NCBI GenBank assembly: GCA_973895155.1
Contig: OZ316897.1
Coordinates: 13,639,375-13,703,374, forward strand
DNA length: 64,000 bases
Direction of reading: 5' to 3'
Source: Marsupella aquatica
Lineage: Eukaryota; Plantae; Marchantiophyta
Both the position numbers and the translations under genes were made by a program. Of this stretch, positions 25,887 to 39,232 are shown piece by piece; the first letter of the stretch is position 1; the number at the start of each line of letters is the position of its first letter. A model generated the notes under the pieces. It saw nothing but the letters and a program-made list of their open reading frames with translations. It ran no database searches and was not told the DNA's origin.

Positions 25887-28800
25887 TTGAAGCGGAGCTA
25901 TTGGAAGGAGATCGGACAAATGGTGACGGACTTGTTTCAAGCATTATGCAACAAGTACTACAAGAAAGAGATGTCAAACCAAATGTATGCAAGCCTAAAG
26001 CTCATGCAATTCAAAATGGCTAATGGAGTCAAAATTCAAGATCATATCAATCAATTTAATGATCTTGTGGTTGACCTAGAGAATTTGGGGGAGCATTTGA
26101 GCAAAGAAAAGAAAGTCTTACAACTCTTGAGCTCACTACCACCTTCGTACCAGTCTTTGTCTTGAGTTCTTCTATTCCGTGATAAGATAACTATATCCTA
26201 CAATGATGTGGTGAGTGCCCTATTGACCGATGACATGCAGTCTAAGCTGGTTTTTTCAGCTCATCCTACCTCAACCTCATCATCAACAACATTGTTGTGT
26301 TAAGGATTGCTCTTAGTCTTGTGACTCAAAGGTTATGGCACTTAGGCTAACCACAATTAGGGTCTTAGTTGAGGTTAGGTTAGTCATGTGTGACCTTGTA
26401 TATACCAGGGCTAGTGCAAGCCGCTGGTGTGTGGTGTGTTTACTCATTGTAACGGAGCAACTTGAGGAAGAGGGAGAGCATGTGTGTTCGTCTACTCTTG
26501 AAGTAAAGCTTGAGTGTTTGTGTGGACGTAGCCTTGGAGAAGAGGTGAACGACATAGAAATTGTATTGACTACGTGTGCATGGAATGAGTAATGATTGGA
26601 TCGTCATGAAGGAAGATGTCATAGTTCAACATGTTGGTAGAAAGAGGCAAGACAAGCTGTAACCATTTCATGAAAATAAAAGGTTTAACCCACTTCCCAT
26701 GGAGCGAGGAAGTTTCCAGGACCAATTTTTGGTAGGAGGAGGTTTAGATCCAGATCTAGATCTCGATCCAAATCACCATCCAAGTCTACTCGTGAGATAA
26801 AGTGTTGGAAGTGTGACAAAGTGGACCATATGAAGAAGGATTGTCCTGTCAAAGACACATTCAATGAAGTTGTCGGTTCTTCAGCCCAAGTAGTTGTTCG
26901 AGAAGAGGATAGTGAAGGATTTGCATTGTGTATTACTTCCCAAATTGAGGATTGTCAATGGATTTTGGATTCCGCTTGCTCGTATCACATGTGTTATATG
27001 CGTGAACTTTTCTCATCCTACACTCCTATCAATGGATCCATTTTGATGGAAAATAATCATTCTTGCAAAGTTTTAGGGATTGGATCTGTAAAGATTCAAC
27101 TACCCGGTGGCAAGTATTGTACTCTATCAAATGTCAAACACATTCCAAAAATGTGTAAGAATTTGATTTCTCTTGGCTACTTGGATGCGAAGGGTTATCA
27201 ATGGAGTGCAACTGATGGAGTCTTAACAATCACGTAAGGATCAAATGAAGTTCTTATTGGCAAGAGGAAAATAAACATCTGTGTCTTGGAAGGCACCACC
27301 CTTCTTGCCGAAGTCAATTTGGTCACATCTCAAGAGGAGAAAATCAATTTATGGCATGCTTGGCTTGGTCACATGAGTGAAAAAAGTTTGGAAATCTTAC
27401 ACAAGCAACATCTCCTACCAGAATTGCAAGCATGCAAGTTGAGTTTTTGTGATCATTGCATTGTTGGCAAGAAAACAAAAATTCCATTTCTGACTGCCAT
27501 TCATCATTCTAAAGTTGTACTTGAGTATGTTCATTCCGATGTGTGGGGTCTTGCTCTGGTTTTTTCACATTCAGGCAAACAATACTATGTATCATTTATC
27601 GATGATTACTCAAGCTTTGTTTGAATTTACTTCATTGCCCATAAGTTTGAAGTGCTTTCCATCTTCAAACAATGGGTAGCTCAAGTTGAGACACAGACTG
27701 CAAAGAATGTGAGATATCTACGATCAGATAATGGTGGTGAATATACCTATGGCAAGTTCAATATGTATTGTGCAAATAAGGGAATTACTCACCATCTCAC
27801 AACTGTGTACACTCCTGAGCAAAATGGTGTTGCTGAGCGACTCAATCGCACATTGTTGGAGTGAGCAAGGAGCATGTTGAGCCACTCTAAATTGCCATAA
27901 ATCTTTTGGGCAGAAGCTGTCAATATTGCTGCTTATCTAGTAAATCTCTCTCCTAGTCGGGCAATTACTTACAAAACCCCCTTTGAGCTATGGCACAATC
28001 GACTTGCTGATTATTCAAAGCTTAGGGTTTTTGGCTGTAAAGCATATGCACATGTTCCTAGCAACAATAGGACTAAGCTAGATCCTAGAGCCCATAAATG
28101 CATTTTTCTTGGTTATCATCGTGAAGTTAAAGGTTATCAATTGTGGGATCCAGTTGATTGCAAGTTACTTGTTAGTCGAGATGTATCCTTCAATGAAGAA
28201 AAATCATTGAAGGAGAGGGAGATAGATCAATTCCCTACTACTAACAAAGAGCAATCTCCTCCTCTAGAGGATTTAAGGAGAAAGGATGTGTCAGATGAAG
28301 AATATGTTGATACCACTGTAAGGCAAAGCACACTACAATCAGATCAGTCAGAGTCTTCAATGCGAAGAGGAACTTGCAAACGTCAAGCCCCGGAAAGGTA
28401 TGGAATTTGGATTCCTTCTAATCAAGTGGATTTGGATGAAGAATCTATTGATCATGCATTGGTGACAGAAGATGAAGATCCATCCTTATTTTGAGATGTC
28501 CTAGCTTCTATGGAGAAGCAACAATGGTAGGCGACGATGCGCATGGAAATGAAATCACTTCATGATAACAAGACTTGGGAACTCACAAGTCTACCTAGTG
28601 ATAAGCAGGCCGTTGACAACAAGTGGATATATAGGAAGAAAGATGGACCCACGGAGGATGCTGAGAAGATATTTAAGGCTCGATTGGTAGCCAAGGGGTT
28701 TACTCAACAGAAAGGTATAGACTACAATGAGGTCTTTTCACCTATAGCAAAGTATTCAACAATACATTTGCTATGTGCTCTTGTAGTTTTATTTGATCTG

Positions 28801-29735
28801 GTTTTAGATCAAATGGATGTTGTTACAACATTCTTATACGGGTCATTGGATGAGGTGATTTACATGAGGCAACCAGAGGGTTTTGTGCAAAAGGGCAAGA
28901 AAATTTGGTATGCAGATTGCTAAAATCCTTGTATGGATTAAAGCAAAGCCCAAGGCAGTGGAACAAGCGTTTTGATGAATTTTTGAAATCGCTTGGATTT
29001 GTGCGAAGCGTGTACGATCCATGTGTTTACATCAGGCGTGTGAACAACATAGGTTTTAAGTTCAATGTCATCCTTGTACTTTATGTGGATGACATGCTCA
29101 TTGCAGCAAAGGATAGGGGCAAAGTTGATAAGCTTAAGACCCAACTCAATTCTGAGTTCACTAAGACAATTCTGAGTTCACTAAGAGTTTAAGATGAATT
29201 CTGAGTTCACTAAGACAATTCTGAGTTCACTAAGAAGGGTTTATTGTTTGATGCAAGTTCAAATAATATGAAAGTGCTTCAAGGTTATGTGGATGTACAC
29301 TACGTAGGTGATCTGGATAAGAGGAGATCAACAACTGGATATGTATTTACACTTGCTGGTGGACGCATTAGTTGGAAGTCTACTCTTCAAAAGTGTGTTA
29401 CAAAGTCTACTATAGATGCCGAGTATGTAGCGGTAGCAGAAGCAGCATCAAAGACCATTTGGTTGAAAAAGCTTGTCACGGAGATTGGCTTATCACAAGA
29501 TTGTGTGTATCTTCATTGTGACAGTCAAAGTGCAATTTACACTACCAAGAATCAGGTGATGGATGGCAGGGTAAAACACATTGATGTCCGCTATCATTTC
29601 ATCCGACAGACATTATCGGATGATGAATTTGAGCTTGTCAAGATTGATGGAAAGCTTAATCCAGCGGATGCTTTTACCAAAGTATTAGACTCCAATAGTT
29701 TTTCAAGGCATTGTAATTATTTACAAATGTTGTAA
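25887..29735 (+). pseudogene. Copia gag-pol, fragmented
   Basis: WILDSACSYHM; VHSDVWG, LRSDNGGEY, QNGVAERLNRT; KARLVAKGF, LYVDDML; KHIDVRYHF; many stops. Confidence 0.9.
26298..26631 (+). mobile_element. Copia-type solo LTR (334 bp) inserted in gag
   Basis: TGTTAA...TTCAACA ends; perfect TSD TGTTG; removal restores TLLVERGKT (cf. ALNVNRGRS in the intact element). Confidence 0.9.
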
Positions 29736-32239
29736 ATATAGAGTTAACCAAGAAAATGTCTCTATATGAGTACTCCATCTGATGGCTTATCGGCTACGAC
29801 TTAGTGCTAGTTAACTCTTGCATTAGGGGGAGAGCCTTTTGGCCCTACTGTCTTGAACTTCCCGTGGAGGAACTTGTAAAGAAAAGACAGTGTTATGAAC
29901 CCTCCCACGACGTGAGTCAAGGGGGAGTTTGTAGAGGTTAACTCAGTCTTGGTTTGAACTATGGTCAGTATATTAACTAGGGTTTGCTCTAACCCTAGTT
30001 GAAGAGATTGGTCCTTATCTCTTCAACTTGTATGTGGTGTAAAAGAGTTCTTAAGAGAGAACACACGGATATAGCAAGGAGATGAGAGCTATGGTGATGC
30101 TTGAGTAGACATATAACCGTTAATAAAGCTTTGTATTCCCGTGGATGTAGCCAACCTTGAGGCAAACCACGTAACTATTGAGCACGTGTACATGTTTGGA
30201 GTGTTTCTCCCCACATTACCTCGCCCGCTAGCCAAATCCTGCCGAAATAGCAGCCAAGCCGCGTTCAGTCTCCCAAGGGAGCTTGCATTGGGGAGGCAAG
30301 GCCAAGTAGGCATGGAGGTTGAGTTCCAAGGGTGCTTGGCCACTAGACCATCAGTGGGGCAAACCGGGAGTTGGTTGCTAAAATCGGGGCCATTCTGGTC
30401 CCAACGTGTTGGGACAAGCTTTAGGACAAGCTACGCTATTTGGGCCATGAGCAAGTCCTGGGGTCAGGGTGGTTAGTTGGTGATGGATAGGTACGAGGGG
30501 AACACGGGCCGTGCCTAAGGAAGGAGCTGTTCTGGACGAACAATGGGCGTGGGTTCTGGTTTCGACTTATGGCATCGGGAGGACCTATCGTTGACCTACT
30601 TACCAATGTTTGTTGAGCTTGAGTTAGGATGCTAGACTTGCTGAGTTCTAGATCCTGAAGGGTTACTTACCGAGGCGCTTGGTGCTTGTGCAGACAGTGA
30701 GGACCGTTGAGTAGCGGTCATGTTAGAGGGCAAGTGCGGCTTCGTATGGGAGGGGCCGCTGGTGGTGCAAGGGGCACTAGGTTGCTTGCTCGAGGTATTC
30801 CGTGGAGGCGTTCGGGCACCTGGGGCACTTAGGCGTGGGTGTTGGGATTGGTGAGGGTGCTGGGTGGCAAGGTCCACCACTGGGCCCGTTGCCGATCACG
30901 GAAAAATGAACAATTTTTCCGATGGATCACCATAGGGGCCCAAGAAGCCCCACATGAGCTCGATTAAGGGGCCAGGTATTTTTCGGCCAATAGACCTAGG
31001 GCCAAAAGTTATGGCCAATTTCGACTTGATTAGAGTTGTTGCACATCGATGGACCAAGAGGGGGTTGCCTGGACCAGGGGGGTTGCCTAGACCAGAGCGG
31101 GTTTTGGCCACAACTTTTAGCCCCCTATGTCATACTTTGTGCTTGAGGCCAAGTTACGGAAGGTTTTCGATTATCTTTGTTTCAAGCTAAGTGGCAAGGC
31201 CCACGGACCCTCGGGTAGGGGGCCAAAGATAGGGGACCAAAGCTGGTCCGGGGGTGGCAAGTCCCCAAAAGCATATATGAGGGGAGTGGTCCTCTCAAGT
31301 TTGAGCTCGAGCTGATTGCGATCGACGAAGAAACGTCGTTTCGAGTTTTGGAGCGGAAACAAGCATAACTCGACGATCGGATCTTTGTTGGGGGAGTTCT
31401 TGGGTTCGTTGGAAAGCTAATGAAGAAAGCTACCTCATAGTGCTCTTTGATTGTGCATTGAATGATTTTGGTGTTGAGGCTTGTAATGGGGGGAGTCCCT
31501 CTTGCCGATCCAAAGTCGAACAGTGACCAGACCGCATTTGGTTCCCACGGGGATCTGATGTTGGGGAGGTAGAACCAAGTAGACTCTGGGGGCTGCCGTT
31601 GAGATCTGGTCCCGATGCATGATGAGAGGTTGAGCGGAACCCGGTTTCGCCGGGAGGTGGCTAAGAACTAGAAATTGAATGGTCCCGACATGTTACTACT
31701 AGTTTGTGAAAAACTAAGTTTGGGCCATGGGCATGTCCTGGAGGTAGGGCGGTCAGCCATTGATGGGTAGAAAGTGGGGAAGCTTGGGCGACATCTAGTA
31801 GATAGACTGTTTCGGACGAATAGTGATGCCGACCTTAGTTTCAGCTTATGACAAGGTCATGCAGGCCTGGGAGGCTATATCTGCTGACCTATTTACTAAT
31901 GACTGTTGAGCTTGATGTAAGACAATGGTCTTGGGAGTTCCGAGATCAAGACGGGTTCTTACCGGTTGGTTGCTTGTGCAGATAGTAAAGACCGTTGAGC
32001 GACGGTTGTGCTGATGAGGGCAAGTGCGGCTTCATATGGGAGGGGTCGCCAACGACAAGGAGTATAGTCGAAGAGAACTTGCCCCAATATTCTGTGTTAG
32101 TGCAAGGTTCAACTTGTTTCAAGGTTGAGAAGCGAGTTTGGACGGGCACGTGGTGGGAGGTCCACCACTCATCTCCAACCTCATGCTCTAAGTGACCTAG
32201 TTAGTCTGAACATTACCACAAGACTAGTAGTGGAGGATT

Positions 32240-32641
32240 TTCACTTTGACAACACATAACAAACAAGGATTTTCATTGTGACAACAATCAAATCTACTCA
32301 TATCATTTAATTGTTTTTGTTACCAACAAAGCTTTACTATTACCAGCAAAACAAACAATATAAAAATGTCTCATTAAAAGTTTTATTTTCCAAAATAGTT
32401 TTAAACACAAGATTTTCTTGCTAGTGCCGAGCCCTACTATTACTAGTGTCAGGCGCTAGCCAAAAAAAGTTGATTAGACAAAAAAAATGTATTTAAAAAA
32501 ATGACCATCCATTTTGCTGGTATCAATGATTGTTTGTTGTTTGTTTTTTGCTGTCACTATGGTTATACCCACAACAAACAATAAAAACCAAAATAATAGC
32601 AAATGGGTACCCAATACACAAAAAAATCATTTATAGTAGTG
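32240..32641. mobile_element. Probable CACTA transposon end
   Basis: Terminates TTTATAGTAGTG (reverse complement CACTACTATAAA); TACCAGCAAA/TTTGCTGGTA-type subterminal repeats in both orientations; partner end not found. Confidence 0.45.
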
Positions 32642-33022
32642 TTGATGGTGGGCTCCATATATGTTAGACCCTTAGAAGGGCATCATATGGTGCAAGCTAG
32701 TAATATCAACACGTAAAAACACCAACAAAAAATGAGTTTACCCAAACATTTTATTGTTTGTTTGGAATCAAGTTTAATCTGTCTTCCATTGCATTTTTGG
32801 TCTAGCCTGCATTTTAGTAACACAAAAAAATCATTTATATTAGTGTTGATGGTGGGCTCCATATATGTTAGACCCTTAGAAGGGCATCATATGGTGCAAG
32901 CTAGTAATATCAACTCGTAAAAACACCAACAAAAAATGAGTTTACCCAAACATTTTAATGTTTGTTTGGAATCAAGTCCAGTCTGTCTTCCATAGCATTT
33001 TTGGTCTAGCCTGCATTTTAGT
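32616..33022. repeat. Tandem duplication of a ~204 bp unit
   Basis: ACACAAAAAAATCATTTATA.TAGTGTTGATGGTGGGCTCC... at 32616 and 32820. Confidence 0.9.
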
Positions 33023-34154
33023 CACCTGACCAGCTTACATTAATCCATAGATCCCTAATCATCACTGATACATTCAGAGACCAGGGGACTCAAAAGTTGG
33101 AGATTTCAAAAGTTTGGTTTTGTCGCTCTAAACACAATTGCTCGATTGCCACCACAACCTCCCCGTCACAGAGGTCAAAGTAGAATTTTATACAATCTCA
33201 TCCCCCAATGGAGGCAATGTTGGGCTAAATAACAGAGATTAGCTGAGATTGAGCAGCTTCAGGCTTTCCTACACTGGCACTGCACAAAAGGATGTAGCAA
33301 AGGGTCAAGCAAAGACAACTCAAATTTGCAGAAGATTGATGTACTATGTTCACTTTGTCTGTTCTGAGAATCAAGCAGAGGACTCGAATTTGCAGAAGAT
33401 TAATGCATTCATTTCACTTGGTGGCTTCTGAGTAACAATGTATATGTTTTAGTATTTTGTTGGTGGTTACATGCTTGGTAGTGTCCCCCAAACTTCCCCC
33501 AAACTGGAGGTGCGCCTACTCTCAGCCCAGGGGCAGAGGTATATCCTCTACTGTAGCTTCTCGCTGCATTGTCATACCTAGAGGGTAGTCGCATTGCAAA
33601 CCTTGTCCCCTGGTGCTACATCTGTGCTAATGCTGCATACTGATCTTGCAGATTCTACCTGAAGTTTCTCAGCCCTGGCAATTTTCTTGAATTGTTGGGT
33701 AGCAGAGTCGTCAGCAAACATGGAGCATCCCTTCATATGTCCTTTAGTAAAACTCTCCTCAAACGAAATAGTTGGGGCAGTGAGTTCTCCAAAAGCAGTT
33801 GATATTGCCAATTGAAGCCTTAAAGCGTCTACAACTGACACCAGAATCTGTCAAGGGCTTGGGAATGGCTCAGAATGTCTATCTTCAGGAGAACTTAAAT
33901 TTCTTTCAGGCAATCCTAAACAAGGATTTTTGGCATTCCTATGTGAGTAGGTCTACTTGTACATATGCACAATTCAGCAGCACTTCTACTTCGATCACCT
34001 GAATTGGAATGTTTCATTCAATTCGTGAGTATTACTTCAATGTCCATCCAGCCAAAATCTTCAAGAGATCGAGCAGAGTTAGACAAAAATGCTGGAAACA
34101 GTGTCAGCAACCACTCATGACATAAATGTATATTCAAGTACTTAATTTCTAATG

Positions 34155-36377
34155 TCAAACAGAGAGAGAAAGATCTGCTTTTATCACACCCTCAGCAGCA
34201 AGGGAATCTTTGACGAGATTTTCTACCCTCTTCTTGAGATCTTGAGAGCCGAGCTTTTGAACTACCTCTGCTCCAAATGAGAATACTAAAGCACTTCTAG
34301 CTGTCTGAGTATCAATACCACGAGCCTGGAAATAAAACAGTTGCTCTTCTTCAAGGTCACTAATGGCTGCTCCATGGGAGCATTTCACATCATTGGCAAT
34401 GATTTGCAAGTTGGGTTTCACATTCACCGTTGCTCTAGGGGCCAATAATAAACTTCGGCTCAGCTGCCCTGCATCAGTCTGTTGAGCGTACCTACAAAAC
34501 CACAACACAACTTTGGTAATCAAACATAAAAGCAAATAATCTAAGATTTCCTGATGCCACAAGTAGATGCATTACCCTAAATGCTAGGCTCAAGCTGAAC
34601 ACAAGAAACGTGGTTACGCTTTGCAATGTATTAAAACTTAAATGTCTATACTACTCCAAATCTCCTTTCTCCCAATGATATCGTGTTTATGAGCACGGTA
34701 TTCGGGATATCGTCCATGATCCGAAATACCTGTTGACTTTGACGTTGCCATCGAATACGGAATGACCCGAGGAGTCAGTCACTATACACTTATGCAACTG
34801 TCGACTGAAACCCCTTGGATAGTTCAGAATCAGCTTGCTATGAAGGTCATGCAGTTGATCACGACCGGAAAGTAGAAAAGAGTAGAATTCTGTGCTGGTG
34901 TCTGGTCCTGACTGTTGGACTTGGAGGTTATGTCGACTAAGTCGACCCCCGAAACAAGCTTCAACCAACTTGTAGCTACTAGATTCAGCCTGCAAAAACC
35001 AACAAAGATACTCATAAGACTGACCTTTAAAAGTAAGTATCTTAAAAATTGATTTCAACTACAACTCACTTCAGCAAACTATCAAGTTACACATTTTAAA
35101 GGAGAAAATTTACCGAGAATGATGTAATCAAGATTGAGGAGGGGGAAAGAACCTGAGAAACAGAAGTTTGTCGGATGTAAACAGAGGTTCGATTTTCTTC
35201 CTGCAAAAAATTGTGACTGACTTGACCTTGCTCTGCAATCACTATTTCACACACAGAATTGGTCCAGTACACTGCACCGGGTGCTCCAACAAAATCCTCG
35301 ACAAAATTTAACACCCCATCTTTCTCTACGATCACAAGCAGGCGAGGATTCGAGAGACCAAAGGAAGACCCTTCCCCTGGCCCTTGTGCTGGAACCCGTT
35401 GGGTGGAAATGTAGATGATCTGAAGTGAGTCCAGCATCTTAACACCTTCAGGTACAATGATTACACACAAGTCTCGAGCACCGACGCCGTTTAGACAAGC
35501 AAACACGTCTCCTTGACTCTGTGCAGCTGCTCCCGATAGCCTTGGTAGTACATAGTTGTCGATGACCTCTTTAGACAGGGTTGAGATGCTTCCCACAACC
35601 ACACCTTCAGCCAGACCATCAAGCTTTGAAAGAGCTTTTGAGAACACTCCATCAACAAAGATGACTCGGTTCCCATCACCCACAGAGAACTTCAAAGATG
35701 ATAAGTCAAAAGAAACAGCTTCTGGGGTAGCATCTACAGGATAAATGTCTGCCCTCTTCAGAAACTTCAAGTCCGTGAAGCGGTAGGCTTCGTCCTTGTT
35801 AGTGGGCCAATGACAACTCAGCGTCGCCTCCGTGGACTCCTCCCTCAACCTGGAAAGCGCATCGTTCTGCAAATCATCTCCTGCAATGGAGTCTTCCAGC
35901 TTCGATGCAAGGTCGAGGAGAAACAGGTCAGGACTCGAATTGGGTGTCCCGAATGAGAGCTCAGCTTGGTCTCTCAAAGCTACTCGAAGAAGATGAGATG
36001 CCTGGCTCCTTCCTATCCTGCGTTCAACGTTAAAGTCAGGAAAGAAAGAACACTCTTCCACAAACCCACAATTGACTGGACCTGCGTTTACAATCGACCC
36101 ACCCCTTTTCAAGCTACGAAGAGGTCTTGATTGTCAAGCGCTGTGCACCGTGTACCCACCTAGGATGGACCTTATCTCCCCTCCAGGAATTATGAGGCGG
36201 GCATCCTTGCGACGGCAACGAACAGAAAGACCAGGGTGGCACTCCTCCAGCTGAAGGCAGCAGCAGCCGAACAGACCTCCGAGCACAAAACACACTCCCA
36301 ACCTGAGAGCCTTCAGCCATGGACAGAATCCCACTTCCGGCCCCCGCAGCTGCTCGAATCGTCGTCATCATCATCAT
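34155..36377 (-). CDS. SUFD: Plastid Fe-S cluster assembly protein SufD (ABCI7/NAP6); exons 36377-36277 (tentative), 36113-35153, 34989-34730, 34491-34155
   Basis: PTNKDEAYRFTDL; VFDGNVKVNRYAQQTDAGQLSRSLLL; KPNLQIIANDVKCSHGAAI; LFYFQARGID; GT-AG introns keep the frame; first exon uncertain. Confidence 0.9.
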
Positions 36378-36488
36378 CCTCAACCGTCTCCTTGGCAGCT
36401 GTTTGAATCCAAGCTGTTCAAATCAATTCAATTGAAATCCATTCACCTGCAAGGTAACGCTGTCCATCATTCAGCTGTTGCCATTCCG

Positions 36489-36558
36489 GTTGATTTCATG
36501 AACAGAGAGGCCTCGCAGAAGTGTTGATTTCATGAACAGAGAGGCCTCGCAGAAGTGT
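36489..36558. repeat. Short perfect tandem duplication (~34 bp x2) upstream of SufD
   Basis: GTTGATTTCATGAACAGAGAGGCCTCGCAGAAGT repeated. Confidence 0.85.
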
Positions 36559-38495
36559 ACTCTGCAGGCGAAGGAGTGCTAAGCTGGAAGCTCATATGGA
36601 GTGTAGAGTAGAGGAGAGGAGACAACATAGTGCAATCGGATGGGTGGGTCGGATTCGCCTTACCCAGTAATTGTCATGTCGGCATCGACCAACCAGCATT
36701 CAGTTGCAATTTCTCTTCTAGAAGTGGGGAAATATGGGGGCTGAAACCTATCCGTATGCTGGTGTGTGCAACCTAGCCAGATGTTCTTTTCCTGTGTACC
36801 TAATTTTCTTGACGTCGCAATGGAAGTCTGGTTTGGGGTATGAGGACTCACTGGGTTTTGTAGGGGAACCAATTAAGGTCACTTGACCATGGACCAATGC
36901 AATGCCACTTGGCTTAGCATACTCGAGTTAAGTTAACCTATATAATAGATTTGTTGGGGGGGGAGAGGTTGGTAGTCAAAGTAGGTTTTGCGGCAGGTTA
37001 GAAATACTACTAGTTTGGGGGGTAGATAGCAAAATGCTGCATTTAAGCAAAATCCTTTAAAGTAGAGCTCTATCTATTAACCACCATCTTGTTTTAGGGC
37101 TTTCTATGCAAGCTTGCCCTCAGTTTGTCATATAAGTTAAGCCAAATTTGTATCCAGGGCCAGCTATGGTACTAAATCGTGATGATTGGTTGATATGCAG
37201 GATTGATATTAATTGATTCCAACTTAAAGGTCCATTGTTACATTCTCAAAAAAAATGAAAAAATTCTCTAGTTCTAGGTGGTTGGGTAGACCCTTTGAAT
37301 CGACCATGACTTTTGATCCGATGACTTTGATAGACAAAGCACTTTTGACATAAAAATACCAGCACATTATAAAAGGAAATTTGTTATCTTCCTAGGAAGA
37401 AGACTTTGAAGATGGTCAGTTAAGGTTTGAGCCATGTTTTTGCAGCCCATCCAGGCAAAGCACCGTGTAGAACATTGTGGTCTATGGAAGCTTCAATTTC
37501 AGAAAACTTACCTTTAGAGATAAACCTTTTTGTTCCTGACAAGAGATTACTGTTGGCTTGGTCTTACAAACCTCCTTCATATTAATTGGTGATTAATTGA
37601 AATTTTATCACATGACATCAACATAGTTCTAGTGCTGCTCAACAGTCTATTGTCAAATGTGATCCATGATGCATATTTGATCATCCAAAAGTGGACCACA
37701 CTCCAAATGGACAAATTAAGGTGTGACTTTTGATGTCTTTTACAAGCACATAAGGTGGGACAATGGAATCAACTGTTATGGGAACATATAAACAGGTCAA
37801 TTAGGATAAGTGCAATCTGTTTGTTTTTCTGGTTCTGATTAGACTCCATTTTCTTTTTGTCAAATGTGAAGACTAGCCATCATTTTTAGACTAACTCCTA
37901 CAATGCCACATTGTTTTCAATGGCTTTAGTGAATTAAGCCTGTTAAACCTAGAAGATCCTATGGCCCTGAGATAGTCACATTAGAAAATCTGACGGTTGC
38001 CATCATCCTTGATGCCGGGTTCTTGGTGGCACCTACTGCAATGTGTGGACAAAGGAAGGCATTCTGCCAGGTGTGGACAGTCCCAGTATTACCAAGCCTA
38101 CATAGCCAAGGAAATAGGGAAGCCAAAGTTTTTTTTTTGCTTTGAAAAATGAGAAAATGCAACTGTACTCACAACTTCTGTACAGAATACAAGTTACCCG
38201 TGTGCTCCCATAATCTCTTGGCTGGAAACTCACGATCAGTAATCTTTTTCCGGACAGTAGTTACATACTACAAAGGACGTCTGGGTGCAGGGGTTCTAGC
38301 CTGAACCCTACTCCCAGAATACTCGAAAAAGCTTTCCGGTGTGGCCAATTAGCTTCTACTCACTTTCTGGTCACAAGATTACAGGCTTGTAACCCAAGCC
38401 CAGACCTCCGGTATCCTTATACATGACTCCTTTACCAAGCTTGAATTATGATATTGGCCATTCAAATGCCACCACCCTTCTTACATATAGTATTA

Positions 38496-38934
38496 GAGCA
38501 TCCCCACTGGACGCGGCAAATAGCTGCCAGGTGAGGGTTTTACCGCAGGAAGACTGTGGGGGGATATTTTCATCCCCACCGGGACACGGCAGTTTTAAAA
38601 ACACTGTCCCGTCTTGCCAAAATAGACCTCCCGTGCGGCATTCTGCCGCGCACTACCCCTGCCTGCTCAAACACTCCATTTGAATTGCACGGAGGAGAGT
38701 TGTGGATCTGGGAAGAAATGGACCGCTCTGCCTTCACTAGGGGGGCGCCATCCTCATGGTGGGACTGGAGGACTATCGACAAACGTTTGCCGTGGCTCTG
38801 TTTGCCGTGGTAGAATGGCAAGACTGGTGGGGTACCTTATTGGAGGGTACACACCAATCAGGCCCCGCATGCCACTAAAGTCGCCAGAAAGCCCTTATGC
38901 CGTGTCCAGGACACCGAGTCCAGTGGGGATGCTC
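38496..38934. mobile_element. Tourist-like (PIF/Harbinger) MITE, 439 bp
   Basis: TIR GAGCATCCCCACTGGAC / GTCCAGTGGGGATGCTC; TTA TSD on both sides. Confidence 0.92.
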
Positions 38935-39039
38935 TTAGGGAGTGTCAACACTAGTTCAAAAGTAAACCCCCACAGAATAGGACGGTAGTCAGTCAGTTCC
39001 GATGTACTCTAACATCTTCCTATGGCGCTAGAGAGTGCG

Positions 39040-39232
39040 CAAAACCTAACTTTTGATTTATGGACCTAGAATGACATTAGATAAGTGTTACCAATGTATT
39101 TAACATCTTCCTAGGGGCAAGGTGACTGCCAAACGTGACTTTTGAGATACCCTATGATTGATGATGGCCAAACCTGACTTTTGAGACACCCTATTATGTG
39201 AGCCAAACCTGACTTTTGAGACGCCCTATTAT
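39040..39232. repeat. Clustered direct repeats AAACCTGACTTTTGAGAYRCCCTAT (~4 copies), subterminal-repeat-like
   Basis: Copies at ~39042, 39131, 39170, 39205. Confidence 0.7.

Larger units (their letters stand above)
25512..30215 (+). mobile_element. Full-length degenerate Ty1/copia LTR retrotransposon
   Basis: LTRs 25512-25799 and 29930-30215 (~7 substitutions + 2 indels by eye); TSD TTACC; PBS TGATATCAGAGC 25802-25813; PPT AAGGGGGAG 29919-29927; gag-PR-IN-RT-RH order. Confidence 0.95.
20056..32170. repeat. Two tandem GC-rich ~1.3-1.6 kb units; first unit split by nested inserts
   Basis: GGGCCCGTTGC..ATCACGGAAA..CCGA.GGATCACCATAGGGG at ~20057 and ~30883; GGACCAAAG.TGGTCCGGGGGTG at ~25241 and ~31234; both end GGTCCACCACT. 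Confidence 0.75.

Noticed and set aside
17401-32641. One giant CACTA element from CACTACTC (17401) to TAGTAGTG (32641)
   Set aside because: Flanking 3-mers do not match (GCA vs TTG), the inverted match is only ~7 bp, and no transposase was seen.
33578-34002. Short ORFs downstream of SufD
   Set aside because: No recognisable domain or splice structure; probably 3' UTR or intergenic.
34155-36112. SufD as bacterial contamination or recent horizontal transfer
   Set aside because: Has spliceosomal introns and an N-terminal extension; matches the standard nuclear-encoded plastid SufD.
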